From a bacterium (lineage in GTDB: Bacteria; Patescibacteriota; Patescibacteriia; Patescibacteriales; UBA12465): DNA of 64,000 nucleotides. Below the pieces are notes generated by a model. It was given only the letters and a program-made list of their open reading frames with translations. It was not told where the DNA came from and did not search any database. Shown piece by piece: positions 10,407-20,100 of the stretch. The translations under genes were made by a program, and so were the position numbers. The first letter of the stretch is position 1. Each line of letters opens with the position of its first letter. Location of the stretch: contig JAJZRB010000005.1 in NCBI GenBank assembly GCA_021806615.1, positions 4,319 through 68,318 of the forward strand. Direction: 5' to 3'.

Positions 10407-10490
10407 GCCGCGGTGGCGGAACTGGCAGACGCGCACGACTCAAAATCGTGTGGAGGCGACTTCATGCGGGTTCGATTCCCGCCCGCGGCA
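10407..10490 (+). tRNA. tRNA-Leu (anticodon CAA), class II with a long variable arm; no encoded CCA
   Basis: Manual fold: acceptor GCCGCGG/CCGCGGC, anticodon stem CACGA/TCGTG with loop CTCAAAA, variable hairpin GGAG-gcga-CTTC, T-arm GCGGG-TTCGATT-CCCGC, discriminator A. Confidence 0.9.
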
Positions 10491-10493
10491 CAT

Positions 10494-10528
10494 AAAAACA
10501 GACCGTAATCATCAAAGGTCTGTTTTTT
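10494..10528. terminator. terminator after tRNA-Leu, also downstream of the convergent 117-aa ORF
   Basis: Hairpin AAACAGACC-gtaatcatcaaa-GGTCTGTTT followed by TTTT. Confidence 0.75.
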
Positions 10529-10541
10529 ATATTTCCGCGCT

Positions 10542-10895
10542 TCAGATTTTTTTGAATCTGACCGTAAAGACCGGTTCATATTCTATCTTATTTTCATCTA
10601 CTATCTTCACCGGCTCTCCGCTCGTCAGTTGCGTTATCGCCAGATCGCTCAGAAGCTGATTGTCTCCGGCGATATTAAGCTTTAATCCTTCTAATTTATT
10701 GAATTCATCCTTAAAATCGGCTTGCACTCCGGCTTCGATCTTTTTCTTCTTGACTTTCAAATCGGCTAATTCTTCCAATATCTTCTGATATCCGCCGTTG
10801 ACTGACAAGGCGTCGCGATACATAGCCTTTAATTCACGCTGTTCTTTTTTCCTGTCTTGGATCCGTTTGAAGATATCCGGGAGCTGTTGAGGCAT
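10542..10895 (-). CDS. hypothetical coiled-coil protein
   Basis: 117-aa ORF rich in K/E heptad-like sequence (KKEQRELKAMYRD, LADLKVKKKKIEAG). No recognised family. Confidence 0.55.
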   Translation of the reverse strand: MPQQLPDIFKRIQDRKKEQRELKAMYRDALSVNGGYQKILEELADLKVKKKKIEAGVQADFKDEFNKLEGLKLNIAGDNQLLSDLAITQLTSGEPVKIVDENKIEYEPVFTVRFKKI

Positions 10896-10946
10896 AATGT
10901 TTTTCGTAAATTATTTTTTTAATACGAAGAACATTATAGCATACAT

Positions 10947-11795
10947 TCAAGCGGCGGCTAAATCATCCGCCGGCTGGCGTCCGTAGCCGCTCAGCTCGCG
11001 CAGAGAATCCAGGCGATCGTTCTGCTCTTTCTTGACGGATTCCTGCTGGCGGCGCGGATTGCTGATCAGATGGGGATCAAGGACGACTAGATGATCTTGG
11101 CCGTTTATATCTATGACAGACAGGTTCTTCGGCCCGATAAGATCTATGATATCGCCGTTTTCTCGCAGACGGCCCTCGCTGATCCTGATAAAATTAAAAA
11201 TCTCATCCTTGAGCTGGGGATTATCCTTAAAAATACGCTCCGCCCCGCCGCCTTCCAGTTCTTTGAATAGATCCCTAATCTCTTGCCCGTAATATTTCTG
11301 CAAGGTGACGATAGCCGGTTTCTTATCACGCGGATCTTCCATGATCATATTATATTCTTCTGGAACTAGCCCGGGCATATCCTGGAACCAGCTTTTTACT
11401 TCCTTATATTCGCTATTTATTTCTTTGGCCTTAGCGGTCAGCTCTTTAACATCACCGCCATAAAGACGGTTTATTTTCATCGCCCAGGACGGGATATTTT
11501 CTTTCTTGGCGCTTAGTTCATAGACGTCGTTTTCTCCGCCGCCGCCGACCATGCCGTTGAATTCATAATCTGCAGGATGAAAAGGCAGATTATCCGTAGC
11601 ATACTGCGAGCTATCAGCCGGCAGAAAGTTTTGTACGATGCTCAAAAAGGCCGTCAAACGTTCAAATTTGCTGGCTTTGGCATTGAACAGGCCCCGCCAG
11701 CTATCATTTAGCTTGCGATCCTTGAATTCTCGGCCGCTACGAGCTACTTCCTGGGCTTGACTGATCTTTTTTTGATATTCACAAAATTCTCTCAT
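10947..11795 (-). CDS. hypothetical protein with weak protein-kinase-like motif order
   Basis: The motif order resembles kinase subdomains: Gly-rich loop GGGGENDVYE, then AMKIN (A-x-K), then IIDLIGPKNLSV (D-x4-N type) and VVLDPH. This is pattern inference only. Confidence 0.35.
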   Translation of the reverse strand: MREFCEYQKKISQAQEVARSGREFKDRKLNDSWRGLFNAKASKFERLTAFLSIVQNFLPADSSQYATDNLPFHPADYEFNGMVGGGGENDVYELSAKKENIPSWAMKINRLYGGDVKELTAKAKEINSEYKEVKSWFQDMPGLVPEEYNMIMEDPRDKKPAIVTLQKYYGQEIRDLFKELEGGGAERIFKDNPQLKDEIFNFIRISEGRLRENGDIIDLIGPKNLSVIDINGQDHLVVLDPHLISNPRRQQESVKKEQNDRLDSLRELSGYGRQPADDLAAA

Positions 11796-11805
11796 ATCAA
11801 TATCG

Positions 11806-12906
11806 TTATTTTATTATTCCTCCGCCTAATACTTGATTTTTATCATAAAAAACGACGCTTTGTCCAGGTGTTACGGCGCGTTGCGGCTGGCGGAACGTGA
11901 CGATGTAATCAGTCTTATTCTTGGGCCTGACTTCGCACGGTACGGCCGGGTGGCCATAGCGGATAACCGCTCCGCACCGGAAAGGGCGCCGTGGCGCAAG
12001 GCCGGAAAGCCAGTTAACTCTAGCCGCGATCAGCCCATCGGCGTAAAGGATATCTTCATTCCAATTCCTGACGACATAAAGGATATTCTTCCGATAATCA
12101 AAGCGGGCGACATAATAAGGACCCGTACCCCCGACCAGTCCCCGCCGTTGGCCGATAGTATAGAGAGGCAGGCCCTGATGTTCGCCGATTTTTTCATTCG
12201 TATCCAGAAGCCTGATTTCGCCCGGCGTCAATTTCAAATATTTTTTCAAGAAATCATTATGATCTCCGGACAAGAAACAGATATCCTGGCTTTCCGCTTT
12301 ACCGGCCACTTTCAACTTAAATTTTTCCGCCAATTTCCTGACTTGCGGCTTTAAGTAAGCGCCTAAGGGGAATAAAAGATGTTTTAATTCATCCGGCCGG
12401 AAAGTATAAAGAAAATAGGATTGATCCTTATTCTTATCTTGAGCCTTGAATAGACGATATTGCCGTCCGACTTTTTTCAAATTCAAATAATGGCCGGTAG
12501 CGACATAATCGAACCCGAGAGCCAAGGCGTGCCGTAATAATAAGCCGATTTTTATCTGACGGTTACAGACGACGCAGGGATTCGGCGTCCGCCCGGCTTC
12601 ATATTCGCTTAGAAAATTATCTACGACCGCCTCTTTGAAGCGTTCGGAGAAATTAAAAGTATAAAATGGGATGCCTATTTTAGCGGCTACCGCCTTCGCG
12701 TCTGACAGAGATTCCAAAGAACAACAGCGGTTCTCCGCTAGAGCGCCCGCCGTTTCATCCTTCCAAAAATGCAAGAAAACGCCAGCTACTTCATAGCCTT
12801 GGTTCTTTAAAAGCTGGGCCGCGACCGATGAATCGACTCCGCCCGACATAGCGACTAAGACCCGTCCGCGTCTTGTCTGTTTCTTTTGTTTAATCTTTGC
12901 CGGCAT
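11806..12906 (-). CDS. mnmA: tRNA-specific 2-thiouridylase MnmA
   Basis: PP-loop VAMSGGVDSSVAA, conserved NPCVVCN, ATGHY, DQSYFL. The gene overlaps the upstream GT4 gene by 17 nt. Confidence 0.93.
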   Translation of the reverse strand: MPAKIKQKKQTRRGRVLVAMSGGVDSSVAAQLLKNQGYEVAGVFLHFWKDETAGALAENRCCSLESLSDAKAVAAKIGIPFYTFNFSERFKEAVVDNFLSEYEAGRTPNPCVVCNRQIKIGLLLRHALALGFDYVATGHYLNLKKVGRQYRLFKAQDKNKDQSYFLYTFRPDELKHLLFPLGAYLKPQVRKLAEKFKLKVAGKAESQDICFLSGDHNDFLKKYLKLTPGEIRLLDTNEKIGEHQGLPLYTIGQRRGLVGGTGPYYVARFDYRKNILYVVRNWNEDILYADGLIAARVNWLSGLAPRRPFRCGAVIRYGHPAVPCEVRPKNKTDYIVTFRQPQRAVTPGQSVVFYDKNQVLGGGIIK

Positions 12907-14071
12907 GCGTTTCTTGAAAAATTTTCAAATATTCTTTAGCCGCCTTATCCCAGTCAAATAATCTTGCCTGTTCATAACCGCGAGCGATAAGCCTGGAGCG
13001 CAGGTCCTTATCATCAAGTATCAGGCCCATCGCCGTCGCGATCTCCTCCGGCTTGAAAGGATTGATAAGCAGGGCCGCGCCGCCTAATACCTCGGGCAAG
13101 CTAGAAACATTAGAAGCGACAACCGGAAGACCGTAAGTCATAGCTTCTAGAGGCGGAAATCCAAAACCCTCATAATATGACGGGTAGACGAAAATGGCTG
13201 CTTGGCTATATAAAATTTCCTTATCTTTTTTACTAATATAACCTAAAAATTTAATATCATGACAATAAGGAGAATCTTTCCAGGCTTCATATATCTTCTT
13301 ATTTTTCCAGCCGGAAGCGCCAGCTAAAACCAATTGCAAGCCGTCCGCCTTTACTCCGGACGTTTCGGTCTTGGCTTTTAAGAGATTAAAAGCCGCGAGC
13401 AAGCCGCAAATATTCTTGCGCGGTTCGATGTTCCCTAAGTATAAGATGAAGGGCCTAGCTAATTTATGGCGGCTCAAGAATTCCTGGGCTTCCGAGGGAG
13501 CAATTTCCCTTTTAGACAAGTTATTGCCGGAATAAACTACCCTGACCTTATCTGGCGCGATACCGGCCAATTCCACGATATCATTCTTAGTATTTTCTGA
13601 AACTGCGATTATCATATCCGCCGTCCGCAACGTCTTCTTGACTCGCAAGGATAAATGCCATAGATTCTTGCGGCTGCTAAAGAATTCCGGATAACGGAGA
13701 AAGGATAGGTCGTGAACCGTGATCACCTTTTTCGGACCGGACTGGCCGGCGCTCAAACGAGTGAAATTGAAATGCGGCGACCAAAAGATATCAACTCCGC
13801 CTAAAATGCGATCTATCTTAGGCCAAGATAAAAATTTCTGAAGCAAATAATTAAATATTTTATTCGGCCAATGCGTGCCGATGACCCGGACCCGTCCGGC
13901 ATTCAAATGATTAAAGCGGCCGTCTAAATTATGGAAAGAATTATAAAACAGCTTATACTCATCCGAGCTCTTGTCTTGGCGCCAGAGCGCCTCTAATAAA
14001 TTAGCGGTATATTCCGATACACCGCTATAATATTTATCCATCAAAACCCTGATATCAATTCCGATCTTCAT
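12890..14071 (-). CDS. glycosyltransferase family 4 (GT-B, retaining)
   Basis: C-terminal E-x7-E signature YYEGFGFPPLEAMTYGLPVV, 393 aa. Confidence 0.85.
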   Translation of the reverse strand: MKIGIDIRVLMDKYYSGVSEYTANLLEALWRQDKSSDEYKLFYNSFHNLDGRFNHLNAGRVRVIGTHWPNKIFNYLLQKFLSWPKIDRILGGVDIFWSPHFNFTRLSAGQSGPKKVITVHDLSFLRYPEFFSSRKNLWHLSLRVKKTLRTADMIIAVSENTKNDIVELAGIAPDKVRVVYSGNNLSKREIAPSEAQEFLSRHKLARPFILYLGNIEPRKNICGLLAAFNLLKAKTETSGVKADGLQLVLAGASGWKNKKIYEAWKDSPYCHDIKFLGYISKKDKEILYSQAAIFVYPSYYEGFGFPPLEAMTYGLPVVASNVSSLPEVLGGAALLINPFKPEEIATAMGLILDDKDLRSRLIARGYEQARLFDWDKAAKEYLKIFQETHAGKD

Positions 14072-14079
14072 AATTTATC

Positions 14080-15192
14080 TTATGGTTTTACCTGCGCGAT
14101 GAATTCCTGCATCCGGCGCTTGAAATTAGCCACTGAAAATTGTTCCGCGTGGCGGCGGATATCGGCCGGCGAAAAATCGGCGCTTTTAAAGCTCTTAATG
14201 GCCGCCGCCAAGGCGGCTGCGCTTTGTTCGGAGAAAAACAGGCCGGTCTTGCCGGCGATGACCGTTTCGGTGGCTCCGCCTTTCTGATAGGCTATTACCG
14301 GCCGGCCGCTGGCCATCGCCTCGACGACGGTAATGCCGAAATCTTCTTCTTGAGGATTGATGAAGGCCTGGGCGCCCGCGAAGAGACGAGCTTTCTCCTC
14401 TTCGCTTATGCGGCCTAAAAATTCGATATTCTCCCTGCCGGCCGCTAAATTTTTAAGCCGCGGCAGATCAATCCCGTCGCCGAATATCTTCAGACGATAA
14501 TCCGGACCCAATCCTTTAAAGGCTTCTATGACCAAGTCTATCCTTTTATAAGGCGCGAGGCGGCAGCCGGCCAAGAAATAACGTTCGGCCGGAGCCTGCC
14601 GGCTCAGGTCGCTCAGGCTGAATCTCTCCGTTTCTACCGGCGGATAGATGATGGCCGAATCGCGTCGATAATACTTCTTGATACGAGCGGCGACCGTCCG
14701 GGAATTGGCGATGAAATAATCGACGCGCTGAGCCGCGCTATAATCCCAAAGGCGCAGGCGCCCGAGAACTAAAGAGATTATCTTTTTCAACCATTTATTA
14801 TAAGGCAATTCATTCAAGTATTCGTGAGCATCGCTCCAGAGATAGCGCGTCGGCGTATGGCAATAGCAGATATGGATCGTATCCGGCGCCGTTATCACTC
14901 CCTTGCTGAAAGCGCTGGCGTCAGAGATCACTAGATCATAAGGCCGTAAATCAAAAAATTCCACAGCCATCGGCATGAAATATAAGTACCATTTATAATG
15001 GCGTATGCCGCCAGGAAGCTTCTGGATGATAGAAGTCTCTATATGCCGGCCGGAAAAATTCTTCGCGACGTTATCCGGTTCATATAAAAGAGTATAAATC
15101 GGCGCCGCCGGAAACATCTCCGCCAGGACTTTCAGGACTTTTTCCGCGCCGCCGTCCTGAGCTAAATGATCATGGATCAAAGCCGCTTTCAT
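14080..15192 (-). CDS. glycosyltransferase family 4
   Basis: EEDFGITVVEAMASGRPVIAY signature, 370 aa. Confidence 0.85.
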   Translation of the reverse strand: MKAALIHDHLAQDGGAEKVLKVLAEMFPAAPIYTLLYEPDNVAKNFSGRHIETSIIQKLPGGIRHYKWYLYFMPMAVEFFDLRPYDLVISDASAFSKGVITAPDTIHICYCHTPTRYLWSDAHEYLNELPYNKWLKKIISLVLGRLRLWDYSAAQRVDYFIANSRTVAARIKKYYRRDSAIIYPPVETERFSLSDLSRQAPAERYFLAGCRLAPYKRIDLVIEAFKGLGPDYRLKIFGDGIDLPRLKNLAAGRENIEFLGRISEEEKARLFAGAQAFINPQEEDFGITVVEAMASGRPVIAYQKGGATETVIAGKTGLFFSEQSAAALAAAIKSFKSADFSPADIRRHAEQFSVANFKRRMQEFIAQVKP

Positions 15193-15210
15193 GGATTAAA
15201 AGATTTAATT

Positions 15211-16626
15211 TTATTCCGCTTGCCGATGCTTGAGCACCGCAAAGGGGGTCTTAAATAAAATAGACAGGTCTAAGAGCAGCGACCAATTCTCGATATAATA
15301 GACATCAAGTTTCGCTTCTTCTTCAAATAAGAGATCGCTACGGCCGGAAACTTGCGCCAAACCGGTGATTCCCGGCTTTATAGTCAGGGTCTTCTTATGA
15401 TAATTTTCATATTTTGCGACCTCCTCTGGCAAATGCGGCCGCGGTCCGACCAAGCTCATCCGGCCGATGAAGACCAAGAACAATTCGGGGAGTTCATCGA
15501 TAGACCAGCGGCGCATGAATTTCCCGACTCTCGTCACGCGCGGATCATCTTTTATCTTGACCATCGGCCCGTCCGTACGCAGATTGCGATCGGCCAGCTC
15601 ATTATAGCGCATGCTGTCGGTATTCGGCGTCATGGAACGGAATTTAAAATATTTGAACGGCATCCCGCCTTCGCCGATACGGGTCACGTATGATCCGTCA
15701 TCGCGACGGGAAAAGAAGATCGGACCGCCGGAATCCAGCAGAATGGCCAGGATAGCCAATAAGATAATCGGGGAGAAGATGATTATGAGCAAGCCGGAGA
15801 CGACGATATCAAAGATACGTTTCAAGATGCGCCCCCAACCTTCCAGGGTGGTCCTCTTCACCTCCACTATCGGGATACCGATGACCTCGGTGACCTCGGT
15901 CTGCAACACTTTTACTTCCAGGAGGTCGGCGACATATTTGAAAGTAATATGGTTTTCATTAGCAAAATCATAGAGGCGTAACGTTTCCGCCTTGCTGAGA
16001 TTCGGGTCGCTTTGGATGATCTCATCTATTTCCCGATCGGCGATGAATTCCGCTAGCTCCTGCGCCGTCTCCAAAGTGAAATCACGCACTCTTTTAACGA
16101 CTGAAAAACCCCCTTTGGTATTCTTGGAAAACTCGGCCAGAAGATTTTCTGTCGTCTTGGAATTCCCGACCAGGATCACCTTATGGACGCCGACGCCGTA
16201 TCGGAATAAAAAGCGTTGGAACCAACGGATAAAGGCGTGGCCCAAGCTGACGTAAATGACCGCGAAAGCCCAACCTATCAAAACGATAAAACGCGAATCA
16301 AATAATTCGCGTTGGAAAAAAATCAAGATCGCTACTAAAGCCAACCCGGTAGAACAAGCGAAAAAGATCTTCTGGATTTCTTGGGCCAATTGCCGCGCCG
16401 TCCTGATCTGGTAAAGGCCGGCAAGCATAAAAATGATTATCCATAAGACGGCGATGAATAAGACTGACTGGAAATATTCCGTAAAAGGCAAGCTAAAAAC
16501 CACGGGCCGGACAGTTACCGACCAATGGGAAAAACGTAAGTAATAAGCCGATATGCCGGCTAAGACAACTAAGAAAAAATCAACCGGCACGAAGAGGGCG
16601 GAAAAAAACGACTCAATTTTTTTCAT
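15211..16626 (-). CDS. polyprenyl-phosphate glycosylphosphotransferase (WbaP/bacterial sugar transferase family)
   Basis: N-terminal multi-TM region followed by the C-terminal catalytic domain: RIFDIVVSGLLIIIFSPI, KFRSM, DELPELFLVFIGRMSLVGPRP. Confidence 0.88.
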   Translation of the reverse strand: MKKIESFFSALFVPVDFFLVVLAGISAYYLRFSHWSVTVRPVVFSLPFTEYFQSVLFIAVLWIIIFMLAGLYQIRTARQLAQEIQKIFFACSTGLALVAILIFFQRELFDSRFIVLIGWAFAVIYVSLGHAFIRWFQRFLFRYGVGVHKVILVGNSKTTENLLAEFSKNTKGGFSVVKRVRDFTLETAQELAEFIADREIDEIIQSDPNLSKAETLRLYDFANENHITFKYVADLLEVKVLQTEVTEVIGIPIVEVKRTTLEGWGRILKRIFDIVVSGLLIIIFSPIILLAILAILLDSGGPIFFSRRDDGSYVTRIGEGGMPFKYFKFRSMTPNTDSMRYNELADRNLRTDGPMVKIKDDPRVTRVGKFMRRWSIDELPELFLVFIGRMSLVGPRPHLPEEVAKYENYHKKTLTIKPGITGLAQVSGRSDLLFEEEAKLDVYYIENWSLLLDLSILFKTPFAVLKHRQAE

Positions 16627-16656
16627 ATTGTCGCCTAAATTTTAGAAAACTAAGGT

Positions 16657-17040
16657 TATTGGGGCAGCCGTAAGCCGGATTCTGTTCTAGCGATCATTTA
16701 TCTAGGCTCGTCATTGCTGACGGGCTCGAGCGAGCTACTTGTCTTTTAGCCGCGACACCTCGCCAAAGGGCCGGACGGCGCGACTAAAGTTTGCTCTTGC
16801 TTCCGATAGGGTTTGCCAGGGTTTCTCCGTCACCGGAGGCTCAAACCGGTAGCCCCGTTAAGGACATCCGGTTTCTTTTCACCTTTTATTCTGTTAAATA
16901 TCCCAGAATTAGTATTGTCTCTGTGGCACTTTCCCTATCCGCCGAAGCGGACGGTGGGCATTACCCACTATCGTTTTTTATGAAGTCCGGACTTTCCTCC
17001 CCGTTTAATAACGAGGCGATCGCCCACTTACCCCAATAAC
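16657..17040 (-). ncRNA. rnpB: RNase P RNA (bacterial)
   Basis: The minus strand contains GGAGGAAAGUCCGGACUUC (universal CR-I). It also contains CCUAGAUAAAUGAUCGCUAGAACAGAAUCCGGCUUAC, which matches E. coli ...CCUAGAUGAAUGACUGUCCACGACAGAACCCGGCUUAUC. The termini pair (UUGGGGUAAG / CUUACGGCUGCCCCAA). Ends are approximate. Confidence 0.92.
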
Positions 17041-17151
17041 GCCATTTATAGTACAATAAAAGATTAAAAAAAGCAAATAAATCAAAAAATTTTATTAAAT
17101 ATTAACTAAAAAATAAAAACTACCACAATTTAATGCGGTAGTTTTATAGGC

Positions 17152-20100
17152 TTATTTAGTCTGGAGGTAAATCTCTTCCACTTGCGCCGGGCTCAAAGCT
17201 CCTTCATAAATTCCTAAGTCGTCTATTTCGGAACTCGCATTATCAGTAAATATCTTCAGATAATTGATATTATCTCCCTCTTTTATCCAAATGAGCGATG
17301 AACTGGCTTTCTCGCCACCATCTACATAAAAGCGTAATTTATAACGATAAGAATCATAGACTAAGGCTAAGTGATGCCAGGCGCTATCATTCGGTATCGC
17401 CTTATCAACTCCTTCCGCTAGAATCCCGTAACTGCCATTAAACCAGAATCCCGGGCGATAAGAATTAACTAAGAAAGCGAGACGATTAGCGCCTCCCGCC
17501 GCCGTACCGTCCAGATAAATATTAGCTCGGCCCTCCCCTGGATAAGCGCTATTGTGCCACCAGAAAGCCAGAGAAATATCGCGCGACTTTATTTCGTCCA
17601 GGTTCGAGGTAAAATCATGGCCGTTGATCGTCTGGATAGCATAATTACCGTGGCTGCGCCCGACCCAAGCTTCAGGCATGATATTAAGAGCCGCATTAGA
17701 TATACTATCCATAGCCATTCCGCCCGCGTCTTCGCTGAAATCCCAGAAATGGATCAAACGCGCTTCCTGCTGCGGTTCACGTCCGGTAAGCGGGCTATAT
17801 GGCGCCTCACGCAGATAATCAGCTAGGATTTCTCCGGCAGAAAGCGGCCTATCCCAAATAGCTGCTTCATCAATAAGCACAGGATCACAGTCTCCATAAA
17901 TTTCCCAAGAATCCATCAGCGGTAAATCAGCCAAGAAATCTTCATGCACTACTTTCTGGCCGTCAATATAAACTTCCCAATAATCCAGAGCCTGGCTTAC
18001 CACCAAAGATACTTGATGCCAGTTTCCGTCAAATTTTGTATCTTTATAATAACGCCAATCAGAATTAGGTAACCCTTCAATAGTCATCATCCCAGGCTCC
18101 AAGATAAGCCGCATCTCATCCCCGTCCGCGTTAGACAGGCTGGAAATAACTCTCGGGAAATTTAGAGATTTTTTATAATAAAAACTCAAAGAAAAACTGT
18201 TCAGATCAGAAGGAGGATTAAGGGGGCCTGAAAATCGGCCGGCGGCCGGACCGACTACCCGAGAGCAATCCCATTTCCCAACTGCCCACTCACCTTCCCC
18301 ATAACACTCGGAAAAATGCCATAGGCCGGCAAGACCGCTGGAAATGATAGGGTCGGGCGGCACGAATAAATCTAAATTCATATCAACGACCGGCTCGGAA
18401 CTGGTAGCTATATTTGGATCATCGGATAATAATAAATCAAAATCGCTTTGATTATCATTATTAAAACCGATGCGATTTAAAAAATAATTATCGCTTATGG
18501 CCGGCGCCGGACCGCTGCCCAGAAAATAAGTCGCGTCCGGACCGAAGCCGACGGCATCCACGATATCAGGATCCGTGCTGGAGCTTATCGCGCCTTTTCC
18601 TAAATAAAAAGTATAACCAGAATCAGCCCAGACAAATTCCGGCCGCGTGGCAATCGCGTCAGCTTGGTCTTGGAAATAATTGTTCGCTTCATCACGGACG
18701 ACTAAATAGTTGCCATGCGCCTTAACTACCGTGCCCCCCGGATAAGAGCCGTCATTCGGATTGCCGAAACGCATCATCAGGCTCGGTTCCTCTGCGGTTT
18801 TTGTCTTAGATAAATGAAAATCAAAAGCGGATAAATCAAGATCATAATCGGTCGGATTATTTATCTCCAGCCAATCGTTGTCGCCGGTCGCGTAAATCTT
18901 ATTGATTAGCGCCAGAATACTGGAGCTAGAAGTCGCCGCTTCTTCCGTAGAAGTCGCTATTTCTCCTGTAGAGGTGGCAACTTCTTCTGTGGAGGTTCCT
19001 ATTCCTTCCGTAATCGTTTCTTCGGTGGTAGTAGCGACTTCGTCGCTGGTTGTCGCTATCTCCTTGGTCGTCGTAGCGGCTTCTTCGGTCGTCGTAGCTA
19101 TTTCTTCAGTCGTCGTAGCTTCATCGCTGCCGATTATTTCCATGGTGGAACTGGCGTTTTCTGACATAAGCGCCGCTCGGGCCGCTACGGCGGACGGATC
19201 AGCGGACGGGAACAAGCGGAAATCAAGCTGATTATTCTCGCTATTATCTTTCCTATCCAAAAAATAATTATCGCTTATGGCCGGCGCCGGACCGCTGCCC
19301 AGAAAATAAGTCGCGTCCGGACCGAAGCCGACGGCATCCACGATATCAGGATCCGTGCTGGAGCTTATCGCGCCTTTTCCTAAATATATGGTATAGCCTG
19401 AACCGGTCCAAGTGAATTCCGTCCGCGTAGCTATGGCATCAGCCTTAGCTTGATAATAAGCATCGGCCGTAGCCCGGACAATCAGGTAATAACCGTGCGC
19501 TTTGATTATCGTGCCGCCCGGGTAAGAGCCGTCAGCGGGGTCACCGAGGCGCATCAATAAAGTAGGATCCTCGGCGGTTTTGGCTCTCTCTAGGCGATAA
19601 CCGGCGGCGGCCAAATCAAAATCATTATCGCCGGGATTGAATAATTCAATAAAATCATTGTCTAGGGTGGCATAAATTTTATTCAATATAGCGATCTTAG
19701 GCTGACCGTCTGCGGCTAGATTAGAGGCCCCGGAGCTGGCCGGAGCAGTAAAATTATTATAGACTACGGGCGGATAATAAGCCGGCGGCGAGGCTTGGCT
19801 ATCGGCCCGTTTATTTTCGGTAGCGGCTTTATTCCCGCTGGCCGCGACTGCAGTATCTTGAGGGCGGCTCAAGACTGAAGAGGGTCGTTTTGAAGAGGCG
19901 GTTTTTCCGGCTACGTTTTTAGGAATGACATCCCCCTGACCGGCGTTATCCTGATGAGATTTAGACGGCACAACTCCAGCTTTCTTGACCGTTACTGAGG
20001 GCGCCGAAGCGACGCTTATCTTGGAAGCCGTGCTTTTAGGGGCTTTAGTCTTGGCGGAGCTTGTCTTGGCGGCGGCTGTTTTTTGAGCCGATTGTGCTCG

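Noticed and set aside
16791-17039. 82-aa plus-strand ORF from the track
   Set aside because: It lies entirely inside the RNase P RNA gene, which has conserved CR-I and CR-V motifs on the minus strand. It is not coding.
18902-19231. 109-aa plus-strand ORF with a repetitive (VEVA/SSVVVA) sequence
   Set aside because: It is the antisense artefact of the 21-nt tandem repeats within the giant minus-strand gene.
18479-19386. The 128-bp repeat pair as a diversity-generating retroelement template/variable region (TR/VR)
   Set aside because: The copies are perfectly identical, with no adenine-specific mismatches. Both lie in frame within one ORF as part of a larger diverged duplication. No reverse transcriptase is present in the window.
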